Source: Octopus sinensis
Taxonomy: Eukaryota
Direction of reading: 5' to 3'
DNA length: 64,000 nucleotides
Assembly (NCBI RefSeq): GCF_006345805.1
Contig: NC_042998.1
Coordinates: 51,894,001 to 51,958,000, forward strand
Both the position numbers and the translations under genes were made by a program. Below the pieces are notes generated by a model. That model searched no databases, was not told where the DNA came from, and was given only the letters and a program-made list of their open reading frames with translations. Each line of letters opens with the position of its first letter. The stretch's first letter is position 1. Of the stretch, positions 53,167 through 64,000 are shown piece by piece.

Positions 53167-53470
53167 TAACATGGTTTTGTGTGTATATTTACATTATTTT
53201 TATTTACCTGTATCTTATCCTCATCTTTAGAATGTATATTTGCAATATTTACATCTACATATATATCTTAAGATCCTTTTATTCCATCCATCCATTTCTG
53301 GTGCCCGCTATTCGTGGGAGGGTAATGGTGGGGGTGGAGTCGTCAGGCACCTCCTCCATAGGGTCTTACCAGGAGCAACTGCCATTATGCTTTTCTGCTG
53401 GATTCCGAAGCACAATCAACTGAAGCCATGGATATCACCCAACTATCTTGCTTGTGGTCCACTCCTAACT
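53161..53470 (-). mobile_element. 3' end of an RLE-type LINE ending in (TA)n; second copy 58298-58520 (+)
   Basis: ~215 bp shared in inverted orientation; both copies terminate in long (TA)n. The clade call is tentative. Confidence 0.6.
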
Positions 53471-53829
53471 CCAGACAAGTACTGGAGTCAATGTAATTGA
53501 CTAACCTCTCCCCACAAAAATTGCTGGCCCTGTACCAAAATTCGAAGCTGTTATTGTAAATTTAAACATAACTAATTGATTCTTTTAGTTGGCTTTAAGC
53601 ATGGCCGTGAGGTTAAGAAGTTTACTGCGCAACTATATGATTCCAGGTTCAGTTACACAGCATGACACCTTGTAAGTGTCTTCTGTTAAAGCCCTATGCT
53701 AACCAAGAGTATAATTGTGAATAGAAGCTATATGAAAGCCTGTCACATGCTTACTTTCATACACACCCACACGCACATACATATAAACTTAAATTTGATT
53801 AACGTCAATACGATTTAGCCAAAATTGGC

Positions 53830-55049
53830 CCAGACAATGGATACCTGACTATAGAACCACCTGATAGAATTTTTTAAATCATTTTTAAGTCATGGGAGTT
53901 GTTATTGATTGAGATGTCTCCGAGTATAGTGGTTTGTCTGGTATCTCTTGAGGAAATTTGTCTAGATATCATTTGATGGTTATAGGACCTTTTCCCTCTA
54001 TGATTTGTTTTGGGATAATATTAAATAGAATAGGGCCTTTTGAGGAAAAGGAATAGCACTGCAATGTGGTTATGGGTTGTGAGCCTGATTTGTGTGTAGG
54101 GGGTATATGGCATGTGGTCCCAGTCTTAGATGAACTGTAAACTTGATGTTAAGGTCATTTGGGCAATGCTAGTGGTATATTCTCTACATTTTGCGAATAT
54201 AGCATTCATGGCTGTGTTAGAGAGAATGGAGTTTCAATGTTTGAAGATGGTTCCAATAATCAGGATCAGTTATGCAAATTTATTATTTTTTTCGTAATTG
54301 CTTTTTGGGTGCCTCAATTTTCAGTTTCATAATGTTTTGTTTGGTATGGGAAGACCACAGACTGGCAACAGTATTCCAGGTATGACTATACAATGTAGAA
54401 GAAAAGAGGGACGATGACATCTGTCTTTCTAGACCAGAAAGTCCTGAGGAACCAGGAGCTTACCTTGCAAGCCTTTTGCCTTTATTGTTGATATGAGTGC
54501 AGTAGCTGAGGTTGTTATCAACAATTACCACTAAGTATCAGATGATATTCAATGCCGTGATTGATTGTCATGAAAGAAGAGAGCATGGTTGTTTGGTCAT
54601 ATTCTCTTTTCCAAAATAACTGAGTTCAAATATTCCCACATTTAGCCACATGTTTCTATCTGCCCATTGACTTACAACATGTTAATGAAACTGAAATTTT
54701 GTTTGGTTTTCTTCTCCATTGACAAGCTTGGAGTCATCAGCAAATAATTATATTTTCCTATGCTTCATGACATTTGAGATATCATTTATATACATTACTG
54801 TAAATACAGTGACTTTTAAGCTAGCTCCTGTGGAGGGATCTGCATTGAGTCTTTGGCCCAACAATGACACTTCATGCATTGAATACATATCAAATCATAT
54901 TAAACTTGACAAATATTTTTCAAGCAATGAACAATTTTCATCAAAACAATGATATAATTTGCCGATTTGGAACTTATTGCAAAGCTGCATGATAAACAAC
55001 ATTTTTCGTCTTACCATTCGGGGGTCTGTACAATTTTTTTCTGTCTAAC

Positions 55050-55110
<61 letters not shown>

Positions 55111-56190
55111 TCTTTCTGTTGATTTTTTTCAATCATCACCATCACCAGTACCACCACAACTGCTATACACACACCATTCAGACTTCTGATTCCACCACCA
55201 TCAATACCTTTGACTTTGCTGCCTTCCCCTTCACCACCATCACCACTGTTTTTCACATCGCTTACTATCACCGTCATCCCTCACTGCCTCGGCTACCACA
55301 CCACCACCACCACCACAATCATCACCATCACCTCCACCTCTATCACAACTACTGCTCATACTATTACTATCGCCCCCATTACCATCACTACAGTCAATCT
55401 ACTACTTCCCTCACAGTCACTATGACTACTATTAGTCTCACCCCAGCAGGAGAAATAGTAGAAGTGTCATTGAGTAGTGAGAGAGGGGTCAAAGTGTGAC
55501 ATGCTGACACACAGAAATTCGTTTTGCATTTATTATTACAATGAAAAAAAAGAGGACCGAATACAGTCTTTTGGGGAACTCTCCTGATGATTTTGCTGAG
55601 CCTAACTGGATTCCATTGATTACAACATGCTAGGTTCTCTTCATTAGTGATTACTTAATCCAGGGCAGCTGTTTTTCTTGGATTTCTGTGTTGGATAGCT
55701 TTAACATTAGGATGTTGTAGTTGACTCGGTCAAAGGCTTTGATGAAGTTAAGATATGTAAAAATCAGTGTTTGTGCCCACTTTCAAAATTCTAAGAATGT
55801 CATCAAAGTGATGTAGAAGTCTTTATCCCATTGAAAGTCATACAGGTTGGAATTTAGGAGATTGTTACTACCCCAGGAGGTCAGTCATTCTTCATCTCAC
55901 CTCCGTCTCAAATACTTTGATGATATCAGAAGTAAATGAGATTGGGTGATAGAGCTTCAAGTAACCTGTTTTCCTTTTGAAGACTGGGTTGAGATACTGA
56001 GATAAGAAATGTATTGTGTGTGTCTAAAAATTTTCTTTCAGAAGTCGGTCAGAGGGGATGCAAGCTGGTCACTGAATTCCTTTAGGACACTAACTGGGAA
56101 TCAATCAGGACCTACTGCAGAATAGTTGGCTTTGTTTACTGTTGCAATGATGTCTGAAACTTGCAAGTCTGATCCATCTAAGTGTGGAAA
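53830..56190 (-). mobile_element. CR1/Jockey-group LINE RT fossil, interrupted at ~54830-55540
   Basis: Minus-strand motifs YLNFIKAFDRV (~55740), FADDSKL (~54735) and HTWNTVASLWSSH (frameshifted PHLEYC..WSP). A separate CR1 3' end lies at 32990-33190 (+). Confidence 0.8.
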
Positions 56191-56242
56191 AGTGAATTTT
56201 AAAATGATAATGATGAGAATGATAATGATGAGGATTATGTAT

Positions 56243-56740
56243 ATACGAAAGTAAGTCAAAAATCATATTCACTCTTGTTTCTGTAATTTATTAATACAAA
56301 ATCAGGAAATGAATAATTGCTAAATTTTTTTTATACAATCTCCTTGCTTTTCAATGCAATTCTTCTAGCCATCCATAAGCTTGCTGCCCATTGGACAAGA
56401 AGGGTTGTGACTGGTTGTGCAGCCATTTATGCACTTCTTCCTGTCCTTCTTTGTCTGAAATAGATTGACAACCTTATAAAGGATGTTTGAGTGGTCCAAA
56501 GGAGTGATAGTCAGAAGGGGCAAGATCTGGACTGCATGCAGGGTGTTCCAGCAACTCAAAACTCAATGTATCAATGATGTGAGTAGCTGTATGTGCACAT
56601 GCATTGTCGTGTAACATTAATGTGTGATTTAACATTAGACCTTAGCATTTGGTGTGAATTGCTGGTTACTGTTTGTTGGCCACCATTTCACTGTAGCCTA
56701 CACTGGCAGCTGTAGACACCGCCCCCACTATCCTTTTCTG
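56243..56740 (-). mobile_element. Mariner (DD34D) transposase 3' fossil
   Basis: FELLEHPACSPDLAPSDYHSFGPLK matches the YSPDLAPSD motif. Confidence 0.85.
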
Positions 56741-57230
56741 GGTAATGTTGAAGTATAAGAGGTTAGATCCAGTCAGTTTTAACATAAAACAGGATGTATA
56801 TTTGGGTCAGATATGGCTGGATTAAATGCTAGAGGGTTAAATAATATTCAACATCTTTAAAAGGTGAAGGTCATGTTGGATAAAGCAGTTTCAGAAACGT
56901 AAATTATGTTTTGAAGAATAAAAAAATGGGTTGACCATTGTTGGAACCATGTTGAGTCATAGTTATTTTGGATCAGAAATGAGCTGTGACTGAACAAAAA
57001 TAACATGAAAGTGGGCAAAATTTAGAATTCATAGAAACATTAGCAAAAAATAATCCATGGGAAAATTCAGTACTTTGATCAATTGTGTGGAGGTTAGGAA
57101 TTTAACATTTTGAGCTATTGCCCTTTGTTTGACGGTTGAGAAGATCGAAGAGTATTATTGCTTTGGTTGCAAGCTTTGTGTATGGGTGGTAGTGGGAGGA
57201 GGTAATAACACTTCTCTAATCACTTCTCTT

Positions 57231-57480
57231 CTCAAAGACTCCGCCGGTTACGACGACGAGGGTCCCAGCTGATACGATCAACGGAACAGCTTGCTCGTGA
57301 AATTAACGTGCAAATGGCTGAGCATTCCACAGACACGTGTACCCTTAACGTAGTTCTCGGGGATAATCAGCGTGACACAGAGAGTGACAAGGCTGACCCT
57401 TTGAAATACAAGTACAACTCATTTTTGCCAGCTGAGTGGACTGGAGCAACGTGAAATAAAGTGTCTTGCTCAAGGACACA
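57231..57480 (-). mobile_element. Young 5'-truncated SINE (CORE/Meta-like body)
   Basis: 13-bp TSD AATCACTTCTCTT (57218-57230, 57481-57493); CpG-rich; tgtgtccttgagcaagacactttatttcacgttgctccagtccactcagctg body. Confidence 0.85.
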
Positions 57481-58517
57481 AATCACTTCTCTTAATAGAT
57501 GAAAGAATGAAGTGTGACTTGTTATAATCCATATCTATTCTTGTTAAAATTCTTATCTATTATACTTATCTAATAATAAACAAATCTTATCTAATTAACA
57601 CACCAAAATATTCTAGTTCTCAGCTAAACATTTTTTTCACAGGTAGACTTGTTTGATTTTTGTAAATTGACAATTGTGACAACATCCAAATGTGTGAATC
57701 TAATTTAGTGCATAAACTATACATGTATTTATGTACTTATGCGCATGTTTGTTGATAAATATACTTGCAGACTTTTGTCAATGGTACATTTGATATTCTT
57801 TTATTGTTTAGCGTCAACCTCAACTCATCTGCTTCAGCATTGAAAGTGTTCCACATGTGACATTTGGTTGCTTTTTTTTCTCTTTTGATGTATTTAGTAC
57901 TACATAGTCTAAAGTCTCTTTCTTTTTCATTTTATCTAATGGTTTTTTTCCCAAAGATTGTTGAGCATTATTTAAGTGAGATTTGGTTGCTATTTCTACT
58001 AGTCTAATCAACTATGTAGAGCAGCAGTTCTCAACCGTATTTTTTATCAATGGAACACCTTTTGATCCCTATTTTGCTTGGTTGGACCCTCATGACCATT
58101 TAATGTTTAAAAAAAAATCATATTATATTTTTATAATAGGCACAGGCATGGCTGTGTGGTAAGAAGTTTGCTTCCCAACAACATGGTTTTGGGTTCAGTT
58201 TCACTGTGTGGACATTGGGCGTCTTCTGCTATAACCTTGGACCAACCAAAGACTTGTGAATGGATTCGATAGGCAGAAACTGAAAGAAATCTGTTGTGTT
58301 GCTCCTGGTAAGACTCTATGGAAGAGGTGCCTGACGACTCCACCCCCACCATTACCCTCCCACGAATTGTGGGCACCCAAAATGGATGGATAGAATAAAA
58401 TGATCTTAAGATATATATGTAGATATAACTATTGCAAATATATATACATTCTAAAGATGATAAGATATAGGTAGATAAAAATGATGTAAATATACATACA
58501 AAACCATGTTAAGATAC

Positions 58518-58559
<42 letters not shown>

Positions 58560-58561
<2 letters not shown>

Positions 58562-58760
58562 AATCCAAAGATAAACAAACAAGAAAAAACAACAATTTTA
58601 GGACGTGGAATAAGTACAGTGTTATTGGACACTCAGAAAAAGAAAGAAAAGAAAGAGGATTTCACATTTCAAGCAGAGCTCTTCATCAGAAATATCGAAA
58701 AAGTCCAAAGAAGGCAAGACGGAGAAAGAAAATTGCCAACAATACACACGCTGTCACACA
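58560..58760 (-). mobile_element. PLE-derived fragment between (TA)n tracts with HHR motif
   Basis: Minus strand 58693-58657: auuu-CUGAUGA-AGAGC-ucu-GCUU-GAAA-ugug-aaau (CpG-decayed). Confidence 0.6.
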
Positions 58761-59582
58761 CACACACACACACGCACATATATATATATATATATATATA
58801 TATACGAGCAAAAAGCCCCCTGTCCAATGGATGGTGCTGAGTTGTCAAACATTTAAACCAAATTTTCTCAAAACAACTTGTCCAACCGTCCCATAGGCCT
58901 CCCCTTTGAGAAACACTGATTTGACCTAAATTTGAGATACCAACAAAAGACGAAATAAAGATAGACTTTTTTTCTATACCAAAGAAAAACGATTTTATTC
59001 ACACAAATATGCTACCGAAGAGTTTAAAGTACCAGTAATGATAAGGCTGTTGACTGGGAGAACACAAACATGGTTTAAATAGTAAGCTTGGCAGGAAACA
59101 AACGTGTCTTTAAGCAGTACAAAAACAACAAAAAATGGAAGGTGCAGTTATCTACAGGTTGATGGAAGAAAGCAGGACAAAAACGATGCATGCAAATGGG
59201 TTAGCTGGAGGTATATATAGATGGAAAAGCATGATGAGTTTATGAGAATGTACCTGGGACAATAATAAGTTTATCCGATAAAATATGTAGGAAATCAACT
59301 TGGGGTGATTTTTGGTGATAAGCAACAACCTAGGGAACTAAGTAACTAATTTTAAGCTAACTTACTTTGCGGGGTGTTCAAGGGCATGGAAAAGCTAGTG
59401 GAGTGCAGCCTTGTAGACAACATTCCTTGTTACTCCATCTGGAGCAGAGTAGAAAAGGTTTGTCAAATAGCCAACCCTCAAACAGCCCCAATACAGTTGT
59501 CCATGTGTAAAGCAGGGAATGCTGAGATCCAACTCCGACTGCCCCTGTGCTTTGTTCGATCAATTTTTCAAGTCGAAATTGG

Positions 59583-59738
59583 GTGATTTCTACGAAAAAG
59601 GTATTGAAAATCTTATTGAACGTTGGAAAGAAGTTGTAAACAACAAGGATGAATACATTATTGATTAATTTGTTGTTAGTTTTTTATTAAACCTTTTAAA
59701 AAATTTAAATTTGAAAAACGGCAGGAACTTAGTTGCTG
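59583..59738 (+). mobile_element. Mariner transposase 3' end and TIR
   Basis: DFYEKGIENLIERWKEVVNNKDEYIID* followed by aaaaacggcaggaacttagttgc. Confidence 0.8.
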
Positions 59739-62062
59739 ATTGTGCAATAAAAATACTCCCCACCCTACCTTTTTAAATTTTTATTTATTCAGAAATTTTC
59801 CTATGTTTTAAACATTGGGCATTACAACAATGTGAAAAATGATGTACACTCTGAGGACATGTACCAAGAGGGATAAAAATCAAACATTCATTCAACATAT
59901 ATGGTGTTTGGAGTGATCACTAGTGATGGCAAAGTTACGCCTCCATACATCTTCCCACACAGCCTCAAACTCAACATGGAAGTGTACATCAAGTGTCTGG
60001 AGGAGGTAGTACTGCCCTGAGTTAAGAGGGTGGCTGCTGGAAGACCCTATGTCTGGCAACAAGGCCTGATCACAGAACACACAAATTGACACTGAATTTT
60101 AGTATTACAAAAGTATGTGGCTGTGATAAGTGCAGGCATGGCTGTGTGGTATGAAGTTTGCTTCCCAATCACATGGTTATGGGTCCAGTCCCACAGCATG
60201 GCACCTTGGGCATGTGTCTTCTACTATAGCACCAGACCAACCAAACCATTGCAAGTGAATTTGGTTGATGGAAACTGCAATCAGGGAGGATAGGGATTTT
60301 GGCTTTCTTGCTTTCAAGCAAGGTGAGCTAGCAGAAACGTTAGCACATCGAGTGAAATGGTAAGCGGTATTTCATCTGCTGCTACGTTCTGAGTTCAAAT
60401 TCCGCCGAGGTCAACTTTGCCTTTCATCCTTTCGGGGTCGATTAAATAAGTACCAGTTGTGCACTGGGGTCGATGTAATTGACTTAATCCAGTTGTCTGT
60501 CCTTGTTTGTCCCCTCTATGTTTAGTCCCTTGTGGGTAGTAAAGAAATAGGTTTTCTTGCTTTCATTTCTGTCTTCTTGTTCCATGTTTTGCATTGACCG
60601 TCTTCACACTTTTCTTCTCATTTTTTTTTCTTTTTCTCTCATTATCCAGCGTCCTGGCTTTTTAAAATATATGTTTAACACATTAACAGAGCCTGAAAGA
60701 TTGCTTGGAGATACATGGTCTGCTTTCTAAATCAGCCTATTTATAGTATCATAAACCCATGAAACTGTTAGTGGCTCTTTCATAATGTGTATCTTAATAT
60801 ATATTTATATATCCACTCACCCATCCATCTGTCCATCCATCCATCCATCCACACACACACACCAACCAATGAAAAACACACATACATACATGCTTCTATT
60901 ACCATTTGAAGTTACAGTCATCAATCTTTTACACACACACACACATGCATGTATTTCCATTTGTAAACACATTCGTACGCTTCTTCCAGTTTCCATCAAC
61001 CAAATCCACTCACAATGGTTTGGTTGGCCTGGGGCTATAGTAGAAGACACTTGCCCAAGGTGCCACACATTGGGACTGAACCTAGAACTATATTTATATG
61101 AGTGTGTGTCTTTGTGTCTGTGTTTGTCCCCTACCACTGCTTGACAACCAATGTTGGTTTGTTTATATCCTTTGTTTATATATTAGCAGTTCAGCAAAAG
61201 GGAATGGCTGAATAAGTACCAGGCTTAAAAAAATACTGGAGTTGATTCATTCAACTAAAAAATTTTTCAAGGGTGCCCCAGCATAGTCGCAGTGTAATGA
61301 CTGAAACAAGTAAAAGATAAAGAATATATATATATATATTTAAAAAAGGAGATGTGGAACACGAGTTGTGATATATAAAAAAGGAAATGAAGAAAATGCT
61401 GACAAAATAATTTAAGTAATTTAAGTAATTTAATTAGGTGAAAGTTCTTTTTACCGGTTGCGCATTTGTTATGCTTATCAAAAGATGTTTTTTTAAGAGA
61501 GATAGAGTTACTTTCTGATAGATTTTTTTCTCTTATCTGACTTTATGTTGGGTTTGCTGTCTCTTATATGTGAAAAAAGAGGCTCCAGAGTTGTTTAAGA
61601 TTTGCTTGGTTTCGCGCCTAAAATTTCTTGTGGACAATGGTCAATACAATTTTGATTGGTCATTATGAAGGGGTCACGTGAATGTTTGAATGGAAGTTAG
61701 TGTTGGGGTAAGAAAAAGGCTCCAGAAAAGTTAAAATTTGGCTAGTGTTGCGCCTAAAATTTCTTATTGGTCATAATAAAGAGGTCACGTGGATGTGGTC
61801 ATAATAGAGAGGTCACGTGAATGTTTAGAATTTTCGAAAATAGCGTTGTTGAAAATTCTTATTGTTCAGGCTGGTCAGTAGACGTCATGTGGATATTTTA
61901 AATAGCTTTTTAGCGCGTAGTTAGGGAGTGTATTTTCCGCTTGACTGAATTTGAGCTGGATAAGTAAGTTCATTTAGGACAGGAAGAGCTGTATGTATGT
62001 GTGTGTGTGTGCGCGGACCTTCTATTTGGTTGATGCATATACCACAGTTGGGTCTTCCATAG

Positions 62063-63205
62063 AAGAACTGGAAGAGATATCTTGATGACTGCTTCATCCT
62101 TTGGCCCGAAACCGTCGAGAAGCTTAAAGAATTTCACACCCTTATAAATGGGCTCAACACAAACATTATTTTCACAATGGAATACAGCCCTCAACAAATT
62201 CCCTTCCTCGACATCCTCATTAAAATTCACAACAAAAAAATAGAAACAGACATATACTACAAGCCCACAGACTCCAAGCAATACCTCCCTTTCAATTCAT
62301 GCCACCCAAGACACGTTAAAATTAACATTCCCTACAACTTAGCCAAGAGAATTTGCACTATAGTCTCCGATAAAAACACCCGTCTCTTACGTCTACAAGA
62401 ACTCAAGGACACATTAACAAGCAGGGATTACCCCACGTCACTAATTGACAATGGGATCCAACGCACCCTAAAACTCAGCACACAGAAACTTAGACGCCCT
62501 AAACCTGTTACATCGAAACCCCATACTCTACCATACAGTTCTACACACAACCCCCTCAACAATGAAGCTTTTGACACCATCCTCCAGAACATTCCTGTAT
62601 TAAAAAAGGACCATAGAATGAACCAAATCCTCCTAACACACGAAATCATAAAGAGCAAAAGGCAACCCAAATCATTGAAAACCATCCTAACAAATGCCAA
62701 AGTACTGCCAACCACAACAACTAAACCCACAGTAAACAAATGCAATAGACCCAACTGTGGTATATGCATCAACCAAATAGAAGGTCCAGAATTCCTTTTT
62801 AAACAAGGACAACGTTTCACAGTAAAACACAACTTCACATGCGCATCAGAAAACCTAGTATATGTCTTAACTTGCTCGGGCTGTAATGAACACTACATAG
62901 GCCAAACTAAAAATAGCCTCCGCCAACGCATGACTGTCCACAGATCTCAAATAAAAATACAGGAATACAGAAAAATAGCACTTAGTGCACATATTGATAC
63001 CTGTGCCGCACAACTTCATCCCAATTTTAGAATCTTTCCCCTCTACAAATTTAAAGACAATGCCACTCATACCCAGCGAATAACCATGGAATCCCACCTT
63101 ATTAATAAATACAGACCACTTCTAAACACATCCCCCAAACACGAACCCACAACAAACACACTTACACCTGCACACACCCTACATACACTTTTACCCAGAT
63201 ATTAA
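62063..63205 (+). CDS. PLE polyprotein C-terminal half: RT core/thumb, Cys linker, GIY-YIG endonuclease (N-truncated)
   Basis: The frame is open upstream of the listed ATG: KNWKRYLDDCFILW...IPFLDI...TDIYYKPTD..QYL...SCHP; linker CNRPNCGIC; endonuclease NLVYVLTC..C..HYIGQT...LRQRM..H; no internal stops. Confidence 0.95.
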   Translation, partial: KNWKRYLDDCFILWPETVEKLKEFHTLINGLNTNIIFTMEYSPQQIPFLDILIKIHNKKIETDIYYKPTDSKQYLPFNSCHPRHVKINIPYNLAKRICTIVSDKNTRLLRLQELKDTLTSRDYPTSLIDNGIQRTLKLSTQKLRRPKPVTSKPHTLPYSSTHNPLNNEAFDTILQNIPVLKKDHRMNQILLTHEIIKSKRQPKSLKTILTNAKVLPTTTTKPTVNKCNRPNCGICINQIEGPEFLFKQGQRFTVKHNFTCASENLVYVLTCSGCNEHYIGQTKNSLRQRMTVHRSQIKIQEYRKIALSAHIDTCAAQLHPNFRIFPLYKFKDNATHTQRITMESHLINKYRPLLNTSPKHEPTTNTLTPAHTLHTLLPRY

Positions 63206-63945
63206 CACCATGACACACGCAAATATATGGTTCCACACATACACATAATTGGATACGGGTGCAAAACATCCAACACTATTTTTTGGAAATGACTGTAAAT
63301 ATTGACTTCACACAAACACGTTGCTTCCCGATACAGGCACAAGGCCAGCAGAACTATAAATATTGAAAATTGTACCCACACACGCACACATATATACACG
63401 CGCGCGCGCCCCAACATACATATAAACACACATACATACAGCTCTTCCTGTCCTAAATGAACTTACTTATCCAGCTCAAATTCAGTCAAGCGGAAAATAC
63501 ACTCCCTAACTACGCGCTAAAAAGCTATTTAAAATATCCACATGACGTCTACTGACCAGCCTGAACAATAAAAATTTTCAACAACGCTATTTTCGAAAAT
63601 TCTAAACATTCACATGACCTCTCTATTATGACCACATCCACGTGACCTCTTTATTATGACCAATAAGAAATTTTAGGCGCAACACTAGCCAAATTTTAAC
63701 TTCTCTGGAGCCTTTTTTCTTACCCCAACACCAACTTCCATTCAGACATTCACGTGACCCCTTCATAATGACCAATCAAAATTGTATTGACCATTGTCCA
63801 CAAGAAATTTTAGGCGCGAAACCAAGCAAATCTTAAACAACTCTGGAGCCTCTTTTTTCACATATAAGAGACAGCAAACCCAACATAAAGTCAGATAAGA
63901 GAAAACAATCTATCAGAAAGTAACTCTATCTCTCTTAAAAAAACA

Positions 63946-63985
63946 TCTTTTGATAAGCATAACAAATGCGCAACCGGTAAAAAGA
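63946..63985 (+). ncRNA. Variant hammerhead-like motif in PLE pseudo-LTR (mirror copy 61446-61485, minus)
   Basis: UCUU-UUGAUAA-GCAU-aacaa-AUGC-GCAA-CCGG-UA-AAAAGA; U3/A8 core and A13C. Confidence 0.5.
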
Positions 63986-64000
63986 ACTTTCACCTAATTA

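Larger units (their letters stand above)
61340..64000 (+). mobile_element. Penelope-like element (probably Neptune clade), 5'-truncated, with inverted pseudo-LTR; runs off window end
   Basis: 61431-62004 is the reverse complement of 63426-64000 (about 6 substitutions and 1 indel by eye); the repeats enclose the RT/GIY-YIG ORF; inserted beside (TA)n. Confidence 0.95.

Noticed and set aside
61970-63429. Antisense ORFs 61970-62281, 62428-62838, 62867-63097 and 63202-63429
   Set aside because: Shadows of the A/C-rich PLE coding strand and UTR.
61431-64000. DNA transposon, DIRS or Polinton with long TIRs
   Set aside because: The enclosed ORF is PLE RT plus GIY-YIG truncated at the junction; no transposase, tyrosine recombinase or polymerase B.

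Overview
AT-rich, microsatellite-dense animal genomic DNA, most consistent with an octopus intron or intergenic region. That assignment is inferred from the tRNA-derived SINE families, (GAT)n-tailed RTE-related repeats and LINE spectrum; it was not checked against a database. Nearly all ORFs in the track are microsatellite or antisense artefacts. The only long genuine coding frame is a 5'-truncated, young Penelope-like element (PLE; RT YLDD motif, Cys linker, GIY-YIG; 62063-63205) inside ~575-bp inverted pseudo-LTRs. The rest is SINEs, LINE fossils (CRE, R4/Dong, RTE, CR1, other RLE), DD37D and DD34D Tc1/mariner remnants, and hAT and TTAA-flanked MITEs. Four observations stand out. (1) A tRNA-headed SINE has a hammerhead-ribozyme (HHR) tail, a PLE-style inverted 3' duplication and a 12-bp TSD (16177-16660; relatives at 26990 and 51340), suggesting a Pol III SINE mobilised by PLE machinery. 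(2) Several minimal type I HHRs occur, including a canonical one at 8253-8295 and a compensatory U3:A8 core variant in two separate PLE families. (3) Three short minus-strand exon candidates (48129-48861) splice in frame in a repeat-free island. (4) Many fold-back structures could form dsRNA. Repeat boundaries are by eye and approximate unless a TSD is quoted.
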